A DNA stretch of 32,000 nucleotides from Erysipelothrix inopinata (GTDB taxonomy: Bacteria; Bacillota_I; Bacilli_A; Erysipelotrichales; Erysipelotrichaceae), in assembly GCF_014396165.1 (NCBI RefSeq), contig NZ_CP060715.1:600001-632000 (forward strand), written 5' to 3'. Of the stretch, positions 7,258-16,566 are shown one piece after another. The position numbers were made by a program, and so were the translations under genes. Within the stretch, counting starts at the first letter, position 1; the number at the start of each line of letters is the position of its first letter. The notes under the pieces are model-generated. The model worked only from the letters and a program-made list of their open reading frames with translations. It was not told where the DNA came from and ran no database searches.

Positions 7258-8808
7258 ATGAATCGTCTTCAAACCTATTATGAACAATTGCAATTACCTG
7301 TTAAATCCTTATTTCTAGGAAGTTTTCTTATTGCTATTGGTTCTATTATATCAAATCCAAACGTTAATGAAATCATTAAATTACAAGGCCCATTAATTAC
7401 CACAATTGCGAATGTGTTGTTGTATAGTGGCGGAATTATCTTAGCGTACTTCCCAGTCTATGTATTTATTAAACTCTTATCGTTTAGAAATGATGAAAGT
7501 AACATTGTTGTTACAGGCATTATTGCGTATTTCATATTCTTAGTAGTGATGGTGTTAGTTTCACCTAAAACATCGCCCATCGCATCTTATTCACCAATAC
7601 TAAAACTGATGATTAACAATCAAGAATATAAAATGTACCAGACGGGTGCAGTGGGTATTTTCTTTGTTTATCTAGTTGTGCGTAGAGCATACCGTCCAAG
7701 CAAAGATACTCGTGCTGGATCGTCCATTTCATATTTTGATAAAGATACTATGAAACTTGTGAATGCACTCATTGGCGCAGCAATCCTAGGTGTAGCATTT
7801 GGATATATTTGGCCAATGTTTGTTGATTTCCTTTATAGTGTTATGCAATTTATTTCGAATGATGTTAATAATCCAATGAGTATGTTTGCTTATGGCGCTT
7901 TAGACAGAATCACTTCATTGCTAGGACTTCAAAATGTTGTACGTCAAGAATTCTGGCTTAGTGACATGGGTGGTTCATGGATTAACTTAGCAGGAAAAAC
8001 CTTTGTAGGTGATGTAAATATTTGGGGAGCTCAACTCTTAGAAAATGTGAATATTCTAGGTGGTGGTCGCTATACAAGTGCTTACTATGTTATTAACATT
8101 TTTGCTATTCCTGGTTACTTATTGGGATTGTTCTCAATTATGTCTAACAAAAAAGTATTGAACCATAACATTCCATTATTCATTGTAGTGATTCTTGTAT
8201 CGATGATATCAGGTATTACACTCCCAATCGAAATTCTAATGTTATTAACCAGTCCAACCTTGTATTTCTTCCATCTCTTCATGACAAGCTTTGTCTTTGC
8301 AATATTAAGTGGATTCTCAGCATCATTGGGATTCTCATATTTAGGAAGTTTAAATACAGCAACGCCTGGAAATATTATTGATTTACTCTCGTATTCAAGA
8401 AATTATGCACTTTACTCTAAGGTAGCTATTATTGCACTAATAGGAGTAATCGTATTCTTCGTCTACTTTATGATGACACGTTTCTATTATAGTAAGATGG
8501 CAATTGATGTCCTTAATATTGGTAGCAAGAAAGAACGTATTGATGAGTTTGTGGAGCGACTCGGTGGACTTGAAAATATTTCAATTATTTCATCAACTCC
8601 AACACGAATTCATGTTGCCCTTGAAAATCGCGAATCACTTAATGTTGCGGGATTACACAGACAAGGGGTAACGCGTATCGTTGAAACCCGTCAAGGATTC
8701 ACCTTATCAATTGGATCATCTGCATATATGATACAGAAAGAAATTAATCGTCAACTTGGCGAAACTAAAAAAATTCAAATTGAGGAAGTGAAAGAAGATG
8801 AGTCGTAA
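7258..8808 (+). CDS. PTS EIICB-like membrane protein with degenerate catalytic motifs
   Basis: EIIC-like polytopic region (SGITLPIEILMLLTSPTLYFFHLF) followed by an EIIB-like module (LGGLENISIISSTPTRIHVAL). The ATG at 7258 lies 6 nt after the SD AAGAGGTG, and the track's GTG at 7249 sits inside that SD. The stop overlaps mutS by 11 nt. Confidence 0.8.
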   Translation: MNRLQTYYEQLQLPVKSLFLGSFLIAIGSIISNPNVNEIIKLQGPLITTIANVLLYSGGIILAYFPVYVFIKLLSFRNDESNIVVTGIIAYFIFLVVMVLVSPKTSPIASYSPILKLMINNQEYKMYQTGAVGIFFVYLVVRRAYRPSKDTRAGSSISYFDKDTMKLVNALIGAAILGVAFGYIWPMFVDFLYSVMQFISNDVNNPMSMFAYGALDRITSLLGLQNVVRQEFWLSDMGGSWINLAGKTFVGDVNIWGAQLLENVNILGGGRYTSAYYVINIFAIPGYLLGLFSIMSNKKVLNHNIPLFIVVILVSMISGITLPIEILMLLTSPTLYFFHLFMTSFVFAILSGFSASLGFSYLGSLNTATPGNIIDLLSYSRNYALYSKVAIIALIGVIVFFVYFMMTRFYYSKMAIDVLNIGSKKERIDEFVERLGGLENISIISSTPTRIHVALENRESLNVAGLHRQGVTRIVETRQGFTLSIGSSAYMIQKEINRQLGETKKIQIEEVKEDES

Positions 8809-11305
8809 ACTAACACCAATGCTTCAACAATACATGGAGATAAAAGAAAACACCAATGATGCGTTGGTGTTTTATCGCCTTGGGGATTTCTATGAACTGT
8901 TCTTTGAAGATGCCATCGTCGCATCAAAGGTACTAGACCTAGTACTTACAGGACGATCTGCTGGAGGAGAAGAAAAAGCTCCGATGTGTGGTGTGCCACA
9001 CCATGCTGCAGAAAACTATATTCAAAAACTAGTTGCTGCAGGTTATAAAGTAGCAGTAGTAGAACAAGTTGAAAATCCTAAAGATGTAAAAGGAATTGTA
9101 AAAAGAGAAGTTGTGGAAATCGTAACACCGGGAACCTACTTTGAAATGGATGAAAACAGTACTCGAGAAATTGCGTCGATTCATGCAGATTTAGTATATG
9201 CAACGGTTGTTAGCTGTAATCTTATGACAGGATCACTAAAAGCCATTCGTGTTGTGAATGATCCGATCGAAATTATTAAAGTTCTCCAACAATTTCAAGT
9301 TAAAGAAATTGTAGTGGATGCTGAAATTAGCCAATCCCTTTTGGAAGAAATCCGAAGCAAGACACAGATATATATTTCATATGAAGAAACGTTAAATCAA
9401 GACGTGAAACATGCTGATCGTTCGATTGAAATAGCACTTCGTAGGTTAACACAGTACTTAATTTATACTCATAAACGTGAATTAACCCATTTATCCGATG
9501 TGGTTGTTCTTAATGACCAATCCTTTTTAAGAATGGATTACTCGAGCATGACCAATCTTGAATTGATTGAACATCAGAAGGGTAAGGAACTGACACTGTA
9601 TTACCATCTCAATCGTACCCAGACGAATATGGGATCACGTTTGATGAAGGAAGTCATCATGCAACCCCTTGTGAGCGTTGATGCTATCAAACTTCGACAT
9701 CAACAAATAGAAACATTAATGAACGAATATCTCATGACTGATTCTTTAAGATCAAACTTAAAACAAACGTATGATATTCATCGAATTGTAGCACGTCTCT
9801 CAACTGGAAAACATTCAGCACAAGATTTTGTTAGATTAAAGCAAACACTGATGCTTTTTGAGAATATTCAAAAGCTTGTCAGTGATAATGAACTTTTCGA
9901 ATTTATGACTCAATTGGACCCACTTGTTCCTCTATATGAAGAATTAGATCGTTCCATTAGAGATGATGCTCCTGTTTTATTGAAAGAGGGTCGGACATTT
10001 GAAAAGGGAATTGACGCTGAGTTAGACAGCCTTCTAGATCTTTCTCATAACGGAAAACAGTGGCTTTTAGAATATGAAGCTAAGCAAAAAGAGCTTACTG
10101 GAATAAAAAATTTAAAAGTTGGCTATACGCGAGCATTTGGCTACTACATCGAAATTAGTAAAGGTCAAGTTATGAATGTACGCGATGATTTTGGCTACAT
10201 TCGAAAACAGACATTAACCAATGCTGAGCGCTATATTAGTGCAGAACTTCAAGAATATGAAGTTAAGATAAGTCAGGCAAGTGAAAGAATCCTAGAAATA
10301 GAACAAAAACTATTTGATAAGTATACCCAGTTTGTAGAAGGTTATTCTTCAGCAATCCATCAAATTGGCGATGCTATCGCATATCTAGATATACTTCTAG
10401 CTCTAACAGAAATTTCACTGTTACCTGGATACCAGAAACCATTAATTACACAAGAAAAAACAGTTAACATTAAGAATGGGAAACATCCCGTTCTTGAACA
10501 AACTCTCATCAATCATCAGTATATTGCAAGTGATGTAGATATGAGTGAAGCAAGAAAAACTCTGATTCTTACAGGACCAAATATGGGTGGTAAGAGTACC
10601 TATATGCGTATGATTGCGCTGAATGTTATCATGGCACAAATCGGATGCTATATCCCTTGTGAGTCTGCTGAGATTGGTCTTGTTGATCAAATCTTTACTC
10701 GAATGGGAGCAAGTGATGATATTCTTATGGGTCAATCTACATTTATGGTTGAAATGTTAGAAGCACAAGCTGCACTCTCAAAAGCAACAGAGTCGTCATT
10801 AATTCTTTTCGATGAAATTGGACGTGGAACATCTACTTATGATGGGATGGCTCTTGCGCAAGCAATCATCGAGTATATTAATAACTCGGTAAAATGTCGC
10901 ACTGTTTTCTCAACACACTATCACGAACTCGTCGAACTTGAATCGATGTATTCAGGTATAAAAAATGTTCATGTTGAAGTTCATGAAGAAAATGATCATG
11001 TCACTTTCTTATATCGTGTCATTGATGGTCGCGCTGATAAATCATACGGGATCAATGTTGCAAGATTGGCACATTTACCGCAAAGTATTTTAGAAAGAGC
11101 GACAGCTAATCTCAGAAGATTAGAACTTTCAAAAGAACATCTAAATATAGGAGCAGAAGTCATCGAAGTTCCTATAATACCGCAAGAATATCATACCGTT
11201 AAATCTAAATTGGATCGCATAAACGTGAATGAGCTAACACCGATGGAGGCATTAATCCTTGTGTCTGAACTTAAAAAAGATATAGGAGATGACACTCATG
11301 AATAA
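8798..11305 (+). CDS. mutS: DNA mismatch repair protein MutS
   Basis: TPMLQQYMEIK, FYRLGDFYELF, Walker A GPNMGGKSTYMR, DEIGRGTSTYDG, FSTHYHEL. Confidence 0.97.
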   Translation: MSRKLTPMLQQYMEIKENTNDALVFYRLGDFYELFFEDAIVASKVLDLVLTGRSAGGEEKAPMCGVPHHAAENYIQKLVAAGYKVAVVEQVENPKDVKGIVKREVVEIVTPGTYFEMDENSTREIASIHADLVYATVVSCNLMTGSLKAIRVVNDPIEIIKVLQQFQVKEIVVDAEISQSLLEEIRSKTQIYISYEETLNQDVKHADRSIEIALRRLTQYLIYTHKRELTHLSDVVVLNDQSFLRMDYSSMTNLELIEHQKGKELTLYYHLNRTQTNMGSRLMKEVIMQPLVSVDAIKLRHQQIETLMNEYLMTDSLRSNLKQTYDIHRIVARLSTGKHSAQDFVRLKQTLMLFENIQKLVSDNELFEFMTQLDPLVPLYEELDRSIRDDAPVLLKEGRTFEKGIDAELDSLLDLSHNGKQWLLEYEAKQKELTGIKNLKVGYTRAFGYYIEISKGQVMNVRDDFGYIRKQTLTNAERYISAELQEYEVKISQASERILEIEQKLFDKYTQFVEGYSSAIHQIGDAIAYLDILLALTEISLLPGYQKPLITQEKTVNIKNGKHPVLEQTLINHQYIASDVDMSEARKTLILTGPNMGGKSTYMRMIALNVIMAQIGCYIPCESAEIGLVDQIFTRMGASDDILMGQSTFMVEMLEAQAALSKATESSLILFDEIGRGTSTYDGMALAQAIIEYINNSVKCRTVFSTHYHELVELESMYSGIKNVHVEVHEENDHVTFLYRVIDGRADKSYGINVARLAHLPQSILERATANLRRLELSKEHLNIGAEVIEVPIIPQEYHTVKSKLDRINVNELTPMEALILVSELKKDIGDDTHE

Positions 11306-13109
11306 AATTAAAGTACTCGATAATCATCTTACCAACATGATTGCTGCTGGAGAAGTTGTTGAAAGACCAGCAGGAATTATAAAAGAACTTATTGAAAATT
11401 CAATTGATGCGAAAGCAACACAAATTGAAGTTCGTGTTAAAGAAGGTGGGATGGAATTAATAGAAGTTAGTGATAATGGTGAGGGAATGAATCGTGATGA
11501 TTTACAACAAGCCTTTGAACGACACTCAACCAGTAAAATTAGTTCAACCTATGATTTAAATCAGATTCAAACTTTTGGTTTTAGGGGTGAAGCGTTACCT
11601 TCTATTGCATCTGTAAGTTATGTAGAAGCAATCAGTAATAATGGTGAAGAAGGACATCAAATCATTATTAATAACGGTGTCATGGAACATCTTGAGCCAC
11701 ATCCAAGAAATCAAGGGACAACAATTTATGTCCGTAATTTATTCTTAAAGACACCAGCAAGACTTAAACATATAAAAAATATTCACTATGAAAACTCAAT
11801 TATTAGTGATATTGTTCAGAAATTTGCTATTGGTAACCCTGATATTTCATTCACTCTAAAAAATGACGAAACAATTACATTCAGAAGTCATGGTCGTAAT
11901 GACTTAATGGATGTTTTTCATCGCGTTTATGGAAGTGCAATTACGAGTGATTCAGAAACTTTTTCTTATGAAGATTATGACTTTAAAATATCTGGAATTA
12001 TGGCATTGCCACAACATAATCGATCGAATCGATATTCAATTTGGTTATACATTAATAATCGAATGATCCGTTTTCCGAAAGTCCAAAAAGCGATTGTCGA
12101 TGCATACCGACGACATATGCCAACTGATCGATATCCAATAGTTGTCATGAATATTGAAGTTGATCCACAATTAGTGGATGTGAACGTGCATCCTAGTAAG
12201 TGGGAAATTAGACTTTCTAAAGAAAAAGAACTTATCGAATTGATTCTCGCATCTTTCGAAGGAAAACTTAATGCAGATATGAAACCGCAGAAAATAACGT
12301 TCAAAGAACCTGTTGTTCAGGCTGATTTTAAGACAGAACTTTTCGAACAACCAATTATTAAAATTGAAGAACCAATACCATCACCATTTAAATTCGTTGA
12401 GCCAGTAACTGTAGAACCTATCTTTGAAAGTAAAAAGGTGGAGATGGCGGGAGTCGAACCCGAAGTTCAACCAGTTTATGAGGAAGTTGTTGACACAGTT
12501 ATTGAAGAGGAACCACAAACTGAACATAAATCATTAATAGAACCGTTAAAAGTTCTATCTCAAATGAGTGGATGCTATATCCTTGCTCAAGGTGACTCTG
12601 GACTATATATTATCGATCAGCACGCGGCGATGGAACGCGTGAGATATGAGTACTATCAAGAAAAACTCTTATCCCAGCAAACTCCAGTTCAAGATTTTTT
12701 AATTCCGCTAGTAATCGATAATCGTAAGGTATTAATTCCAAGAATCGACGAGATAAACGATGTATTCAAAGATTTTCAGATTCAATTAGAACTGTTAACA
12801 GAGGATTCATTCATTATAAGAAGTGTTCCAACATGGATTAAGCAAGAAGAAGTCCATGAATTTATTAATGATATCCTTGATCAGTTCGAAGCTGAAGACA
12901 CCATTCGTGAGGAAGATATGAGACGGATGACGCTTGCAACACTGGCATGTCACTCATCAGTCAGATTTAATGAATACATGTCAATGATCGAGATGGAAAC
13001 GTTGGTGTCGCAATTGCGAAGTTGTAAACAACCGTTCAACTGTCCTCATGGCCGTCCAACATTTATCACTGTGGAACATAAACAGTTGATCAAGGAATTC
13101 AAGCGATGA
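11298..13109 (+). CDS. mutL: DNA mismatch repair protein MutL
   Basis: GHKL ATPase N-terminus (IAAGEVVERPAGIIKELIENSIDA, SDNGEGM, FGFRGEAL). C-terminal endonuclease-domain motifs are DQHAAMERVRYE and CPHGRP. The ATG at 11298 follows the SD AGGAGA by 8 nt and overlaps the mutS stop. Confidence 0.95.
   Translation: MNKIKVLDNHLTNMIAAGEVVERPAGIIKELIENSIDAKATQIEVRVKEGGMELIEVSDNGEGMNRDDLQQAFERHSTSKISSTYDLNQIQTFGFRGEALPSIASVSYVEAISNNGEEGHQIIINNGVMEHLEPHPRNQGTTIYVRNLFLKTPARLKHIKNIHYENSIISDIVQKFAIGNPDISFTLKNDETITFRSHGRNDLMDVFHRVYGSAITSDSETFSYEDYDFKISGIMALPQHNRSNRYSIWLYINNRMIRFPKVQKAIVDAYRRHMPTDRYPIVVMNIEVDPQLVDVNVHPSKWEIRLSKEKELIELILASFEGKLNADMKPQKITFKEPVVQADFKTELFEQPIIKIEEPIPSPFKFVEPVTVEPIFESKKVEMAGVEPEVQPVYEEVVDTVIEEEPQTEHKSLIEPLKVLSQMSGCYILAQGDSGLYIIDQHAAMERVRYEYYQEKLLSQQTPVQDFLIPLVIDNRKVLIPRIDEINDVFKDFQIQLELLTEDSFIIRSVPTWIKQEEVHEFINDILDQFEAEDTIREEDMRRMTLATLACHSSVRFNEYMSMIEMETLVSQLRSCKQPFNCPHGRPTFITVEHKQLIKEFKR
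12437..12463 (-). other. tRNA 3'-half-like motif (T-arm plus acceptor-like tail) antisense inside the mutL linker; not a functional tRNA gene
   Basis: The minus strand reads CGGG-TTCGACT-CCCG-CCATCTCC-ACC followed by TTTTT. No matching 5' acceptor strand, D-arm or anticodon stem was found. Confidence 0.4.
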
Positions 13110-13996
13110 AAAAAATAGTCGTGATAGCCGGAGTAACTGGTTCGGGAAAAACGAAACTTGGCGTCTCTTTAGCAAAAGAATTGGGTGGTGAAATAATTAG
13201 TGCCGATTCAGTGGCAATCTATCGAGAACTCAATATTGGGAGTGCAAAACCTTCTATCGAAGAGCAAGATGGGATACCGCATCATCTCATTGATATCAAA
13301 GATGTAACAGAAAAATATGATGTCATGCAATTTCAAAGAGATTCAAGAGAACTTATCAATGAAATTATTGATAGAGGAAATGTCCCAATAATTGTTGGAG
13401 GCACCGGACTATACTTAAATGCACTTCTTTATGATTATCAATTTAAAGAACACGGTACTCCTAAAGAATATGCAGAATCTATATCAAATGAAGAATTATA
13501 TGAAATGTTGAAAGCACAAAGTTTGGAAGAAGCTGAAAAAGTTCATCCTAATAATCGAAAGAGAGTTATTCGATCACTTAACAGACTTGATTTGGGACAG
13601 ACATCCGAAAATGCAAGGGATAAACTTTACTACGATGCTAAAGTATATTTTTTACAAGGAGATCGCGAATATCTTTATAATAGAATGAACAAGCGTGTAG
13701 ACCTAATGTTTGAGGCGGGGTTAGAAAATGAAGTTGCTTCACTGTATCAAAAGTACTCTAACTTATTTTCATTTCAAGGTTTAAACTCAATAGGTTATCG
13801 TGAATTTGAAGCATATTTCCTGGGAAATCAAACACAAGAAGAAACTAAAGAATTAATTAAAAGAAACACGCGTCGCTTTTCGAAACGACAAAGAACCTGG
13901 TTTAAACATCAAACGCCATCTGAGTGGATTAATGTCGAACAGGATAATTATGAAGCAAAAATATTATCAGATATAAGAGCGTGGCTAAAAGAATGA
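13106..13996 (+). CDS. miaA: tRNA dimethylallyltransferase
   Basis: P-loop GVTGSGKTKL, SADSVAIYRELNIGSAKP, VGGTGLY. ATGA overlap with the mutL stop. Confidence 0.93.
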   Translation: MKKIVVIAGVTGSGKTKLGVSLAKELGGEIISADSVAIYRELNIGSAKPSIEEQDGIPHHLIDIKDVTEKYDVMQFQRDSRELINEIIDRGNVPIIVGGTGLYLNALLYDYQFKEHGTPKEYAESISNEELYEMLKAQSLEEAEKVHPNNRKRVIRSLNRLDLGQTSENARDKLYYDAKVYFLQGDREYLYNRMNKRVDLMFEAGLENEVASLYQKYSNLFSFQGLNSIGYREFEAYFLGNQTQEETKELIKRNTRRFSKRQRTWFKHQTPSEWINVEQDNYEAKILSDIRAWLKE

Positions 13997-14015
13997 CAAC
14001 CGTCATTCTTTTTTT
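13991..14015 (+). terminator. Rho-independent terminator of the mutSL-miaA unit
   Basis: GAATGAC-aacc-GTCATTC followed by TTTTTTT. The miaA stop codon lies in the stem. Confidence 0.8.
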
Positions 14016-14047
14016 ATGTATTGCACTTAGAATGCTAATTTATCTAC

Positions 14048-14077
14048 AAAAAAAAGTAAGAACAGATTGTTCTTACT
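14048..14077 (-). terminator. Rho-independent terminator of the degV pair
   Basis: The minus strand has AGTAAGAACA-atc-TGTTCTTACT followed by TTTTTTT. Confidence 0.75.
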
Positions 14078-14931
14078 TAGACGTTTGGTAATTTGATGTA
14101 TTGAAGTGCAATGGCACCAACACCAACATGAACTCCAACTGTAGAAATAAGTTGGGTTGTAGAAAACTCAGCGTCTGGGAATTCAGACTTAAGTTTCGAC
14201 ATCGTAACTTCAAGTTCAGCAGGGTTGTTGACATCTGTGACGGTAATAAAGTAACCTTTACCAACACCTTTTTTTCTCATATCAGCAATGACAGTATCAA
14301 CTGCTTTAGACATGGTACGTACTTTTCCAAAAGGTTCAATGACACCTTTCGTACTCTTATCTAGATGTAAGATAGGTTTGATTTTTAAGAATCCGCCAAG
14401 TTTTGCTGCTAATGGTGACAAACGACCACCACGTGAGAGATGAGATAAATCATCAGGGATAATATAGGTATTTGAATCAGAGATTGAAATATCTAATATT
14501 TCTTTAACTTCAGGAATATCTTTGCCTTGATCAAAGAGTTTTCGTGCACCCAGTGCAATTTCTAACTCATTGTGAGCAGCAGTGAAACAGTCGATATAAT
14601 CAAAATCGATATCAGCAAATTGTGCTGCAGTTACCATTGCATTAATCGTTCCAGAAATTCCACTTGTAATTGGGACACCAAAGATTCGATCATAACCTTG
14701 GTTTTTAATTTCAATAAATAGTTCTTCAATTTTACCTAATGATGGTAAGGATGTTTTAAGCATTTCGCCTTGGCCCATTAGTTTGTTAACTTCTGAAACC
14801 GAAATCTCAACGCTTTCTAAATAAGCTTTGTCTCCATGAATAATTTGGAGTGGGATTGCGAAAATACCCTCTACTTCGAGCCCTTCATTATAGTAATTAC
14901 TTCCACTATCAATAACTATTGCAGTTTTCAT
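14077..14931 (-). CDS. DegV family fatty-acid-binding protein (FakB-like)
   Basis: MKTAIVIDSGSN start, LKTSLPSLG, and SGISGTINA. The ATG at 14931 lies 7 nt after a GGAGG SD. The track's TTG extension is discarded. Confidence 0.9.
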   Translation of the reverse strand: MKTAIVIDSGSNYYNEGLEVEGIFAIPLQIIHGDKAYLESVEISVSEVNKLMGQGEMLKTSLPSLGKIEELFIEIKNQGYDRIFGVPITSGISGTINAMVTAAQFADIDFDYIDCFTAAHNELEIALGARKLFDQGKDIPEVKEILDISISDSNTYIIPDDLSHLSRGGRLSPLAAKLGGFLKIKPILHLDKSTKGVIEPFGKVRTMSKAVDTVIADMRKKGVGKGYFITVTDVNNPAELEVTMSKLKSEFPDAEFSTTQLISTVGVHVGVGAIALQYIKLPNV

Positions 14932-14982
14932 AAATAGACCTCCACACAAAACTATTATATACCATTTTTAACTTAATAGCGA

Positions 14983-15843
14983 TTATCTCTTGAACTTAAG
15001 ACTCCATTGTAATGCAATGGTTCCAAGTCCTGCATGAGTTGCTAAAGCAGCAGGTAAATTACAAATTTTATGTTCGAAATCACCTAATTTTTCTGAAATT
15101 AATTGATTGAGGCGATCCACAGTTTCACGTCCTTCACTGTGTAAGAAGTAAAGCACATAGTCTTTTGCATTGACGTTCTTTGCTTGCATTTCTTTAATCA
15201 TCGATTCGAATATTTTTGATTCAGTACGTGCAGTCGCAAATTTTTCGATGGTTTTACCGTGATTTTCTAAAAGAAGAAGCGGCTTAACTTTAAGTAATGA
15301 AGCAAGAAGTGCAGCAGAACTTGAAATACGTCCACTAACTTTTAGTTGATCGAGTGTTTGTGGATATACAAATGATTCTGTGAATTTGAATTCGTATTGA
15401 AGACGTTTTACAATATCTTCTACTGATGCATCTAATGCATTCATTGCTTGGATTGATTCCGCTGCATTTTGTACTGGTCCTGCTAATGTATAAGTATCAA
15501 TCAAAGTAACGTTATCAAGATTTACTTCACTAAGTGCTTGGTTGAATGACATATAAGTTCCTGATAAGCTTGAAGTTAAACTGAGTACGAAGATATGATC
15601 AAAGTTTTGAGATTTTAGGTCTTCAAAGAAATTAATGAGATAACCGACATTTGGTTGGGAAGTTTTTAAAACTTCCTTTTCTCTTAAGAGATCGTTAACT
15701 TGTTCAGTCGTTAAATCGATTTGATCGTGATAGTCTTTATTGTTGTGAATAATGGTTAAGGGCGCGACTTTTACGTTAAGTCTTTTCGCATCTTCAACAG
15801 ATATCGAAACAGAAGAGTCGCATACAATTGCATAATTTTTCAT
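14983..15843 (-). CDS. DegV family fatty-acid-binding protein (FakB-like), second paralog
   Basis: MKNYAIVCDSS start, LKTSQPNVG, and SSLSGTY. The ATG at 15843 is preceded by a GGAGG SD. The track's 49-codon N-terminal extension overlaps the divergent promoter region and is discarded. Confidence 0.9.
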   Translation of the reverse strand: MKNYAIVCDSSVSISVEDAKRLNVKVAPLTIIHNNKDYHDQIDLTTEQVNDLLREKEVLKTSQPNVGYLINFFEDLKSQNFDHIFVLSLTSSLSGTYMSFNQALSEVNLDNVTLIDTYTLAGPVQNAAESIQAMNALDASVEDIVKRLQYEFKFTESFVYPQTLDQLKVSGRISSSAALLASLLKVKPLLLLENHGKTIEKFATARTESKIFESMIKEMQAKNVNAKDYVLYFLHSEGRETVDRLNQLISEKLGDFEHKICNLPAALATHAGLGTIALQWSLKFKR

Positions 15844-15862
15844 ATAATTCCTCCGTAAAAGC

Positions 15863-15891
15863 ATTATATTCAATAATACTTTGAATGTCAA
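15863..15891 (-). promoter_or_regulatory. Consensus sigma-A-type promoter for the degV-degV unit
   Basis: The minus strand reads TTGACA, 17 nt, TATAAT. Both hexamers are perfect. It lies about 20 nt upstream of the SD and ATG at 15843. Confidence 0.75.
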
Positions 15892-15904
15892 ACTAATTGT
15901 CCTC

Positions 15905-15933
15905 TTAACGGAAATATGAAAATAAGATATAAT
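15905..15933 (+). promoter_or_regulatory. Candidate promoter giving a leaderless yigZ-fur mRNA
   Basis: TTAACG, 17 nt, TATAAT, then agaaac, then ATG at 15940. No SD. Confidence 0.5.
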
Positions 15934-15939
15934 AGAAAC

Positions 15940-16566
15940 ATGACCTATAAAGAGACAATTACAATTAAAGATGAAGTGGTAACACAACAAGAAATTAAGA
16001 AGTCTAAATTTATAACTTACTTAATGCCAGTAGAGACTGAAGATGAAGCAAAAGACTATCTTAAACTCGTAAAAAAGATGCACCCCAAAGCGACCCACCA
16101 CTGTTCAGCTTATATCGTAAAAGGAATTGAACGTTCTAATGATGATGGGGAACCAGCATCTAGTGCAGGACTTCCGATGCTTGAAGTCCTACGAGGGAAT
16201 CGTATGGAAGGTGTCATTGCAGTTGTAGTTCGATACTTTGGAGGAACAGAACTGGGTGTTGGTGGACTCATCCGAGCTTATGGATCGTCCGTAACGTTAG
16301 GAATTCAAGAAGCAGAGATTTTAAGACCGCAGATTATATATATCTATGTTCTTAAATTCGATTATCAATACACTAATGATGTCGAGAATTTTCTCGCATC
16401 CATTGGAACGGTAGAAAATCGTGAGTACACAGATAGAGCTGAATATACAGTTTATCTTCAAGATGAGTCCACAATCAAAGAGCTTGAAGATATTACACGA
16501 GGTACTATAATAATTAATAAAGAAGGGGAACGAATTGAGTTAGTAGGAGGAAACCATGGAAATTAA
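15940..16566 (+). CDS. yigZ: IMPACT/YigZ family protein
   Basis: KKSKFI, ATHHCSAY, NDDGEPASSAGLPML, VVVRYFGGTELGVGGLIRAY. A start at 15940 gives the usual distance of about 20 aa to the KKS(K/R)F motif. Confidence 0.85.
   Translation: MTYKETITIKDEVVTQQEIKKSKFITYLMPVETEDEAKDYLKLVKKMHPKATHHCSAYIVKGIERSNDDGEPASSAGLPMLEVLRGNRMEGVIAVVVRYFGGTELGVGGLIRAYGSSVTLGIQEAEILRPQIIYIYVLKFDYQYTNDVENFLASIGTVENREYTDRAEYTVYLQDESTIKELEDITRGTIIINKEGERIELVGGNHGN

Noticed and set aside
10442-12304. Antisense ORFs of 97 aa (in mutS) and 109 aa (in mutL).
   Set aside because: They have no translation signals and lie opposite highly conserved coding sequence. They are typical antisense open frames.
15844-15990. A 49-codon N-terminal extension of the second degV ORF, and the ATG at 15916 as the yigZ start. 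These would make the two divergent genes overlap.
   Set aside because: Internal ATGs with proper context (a GGAGG SD for degV, a TATAAT-N6 context for yigZ) give proteins matching family N-termini. The extensions run through the consensus promoter.
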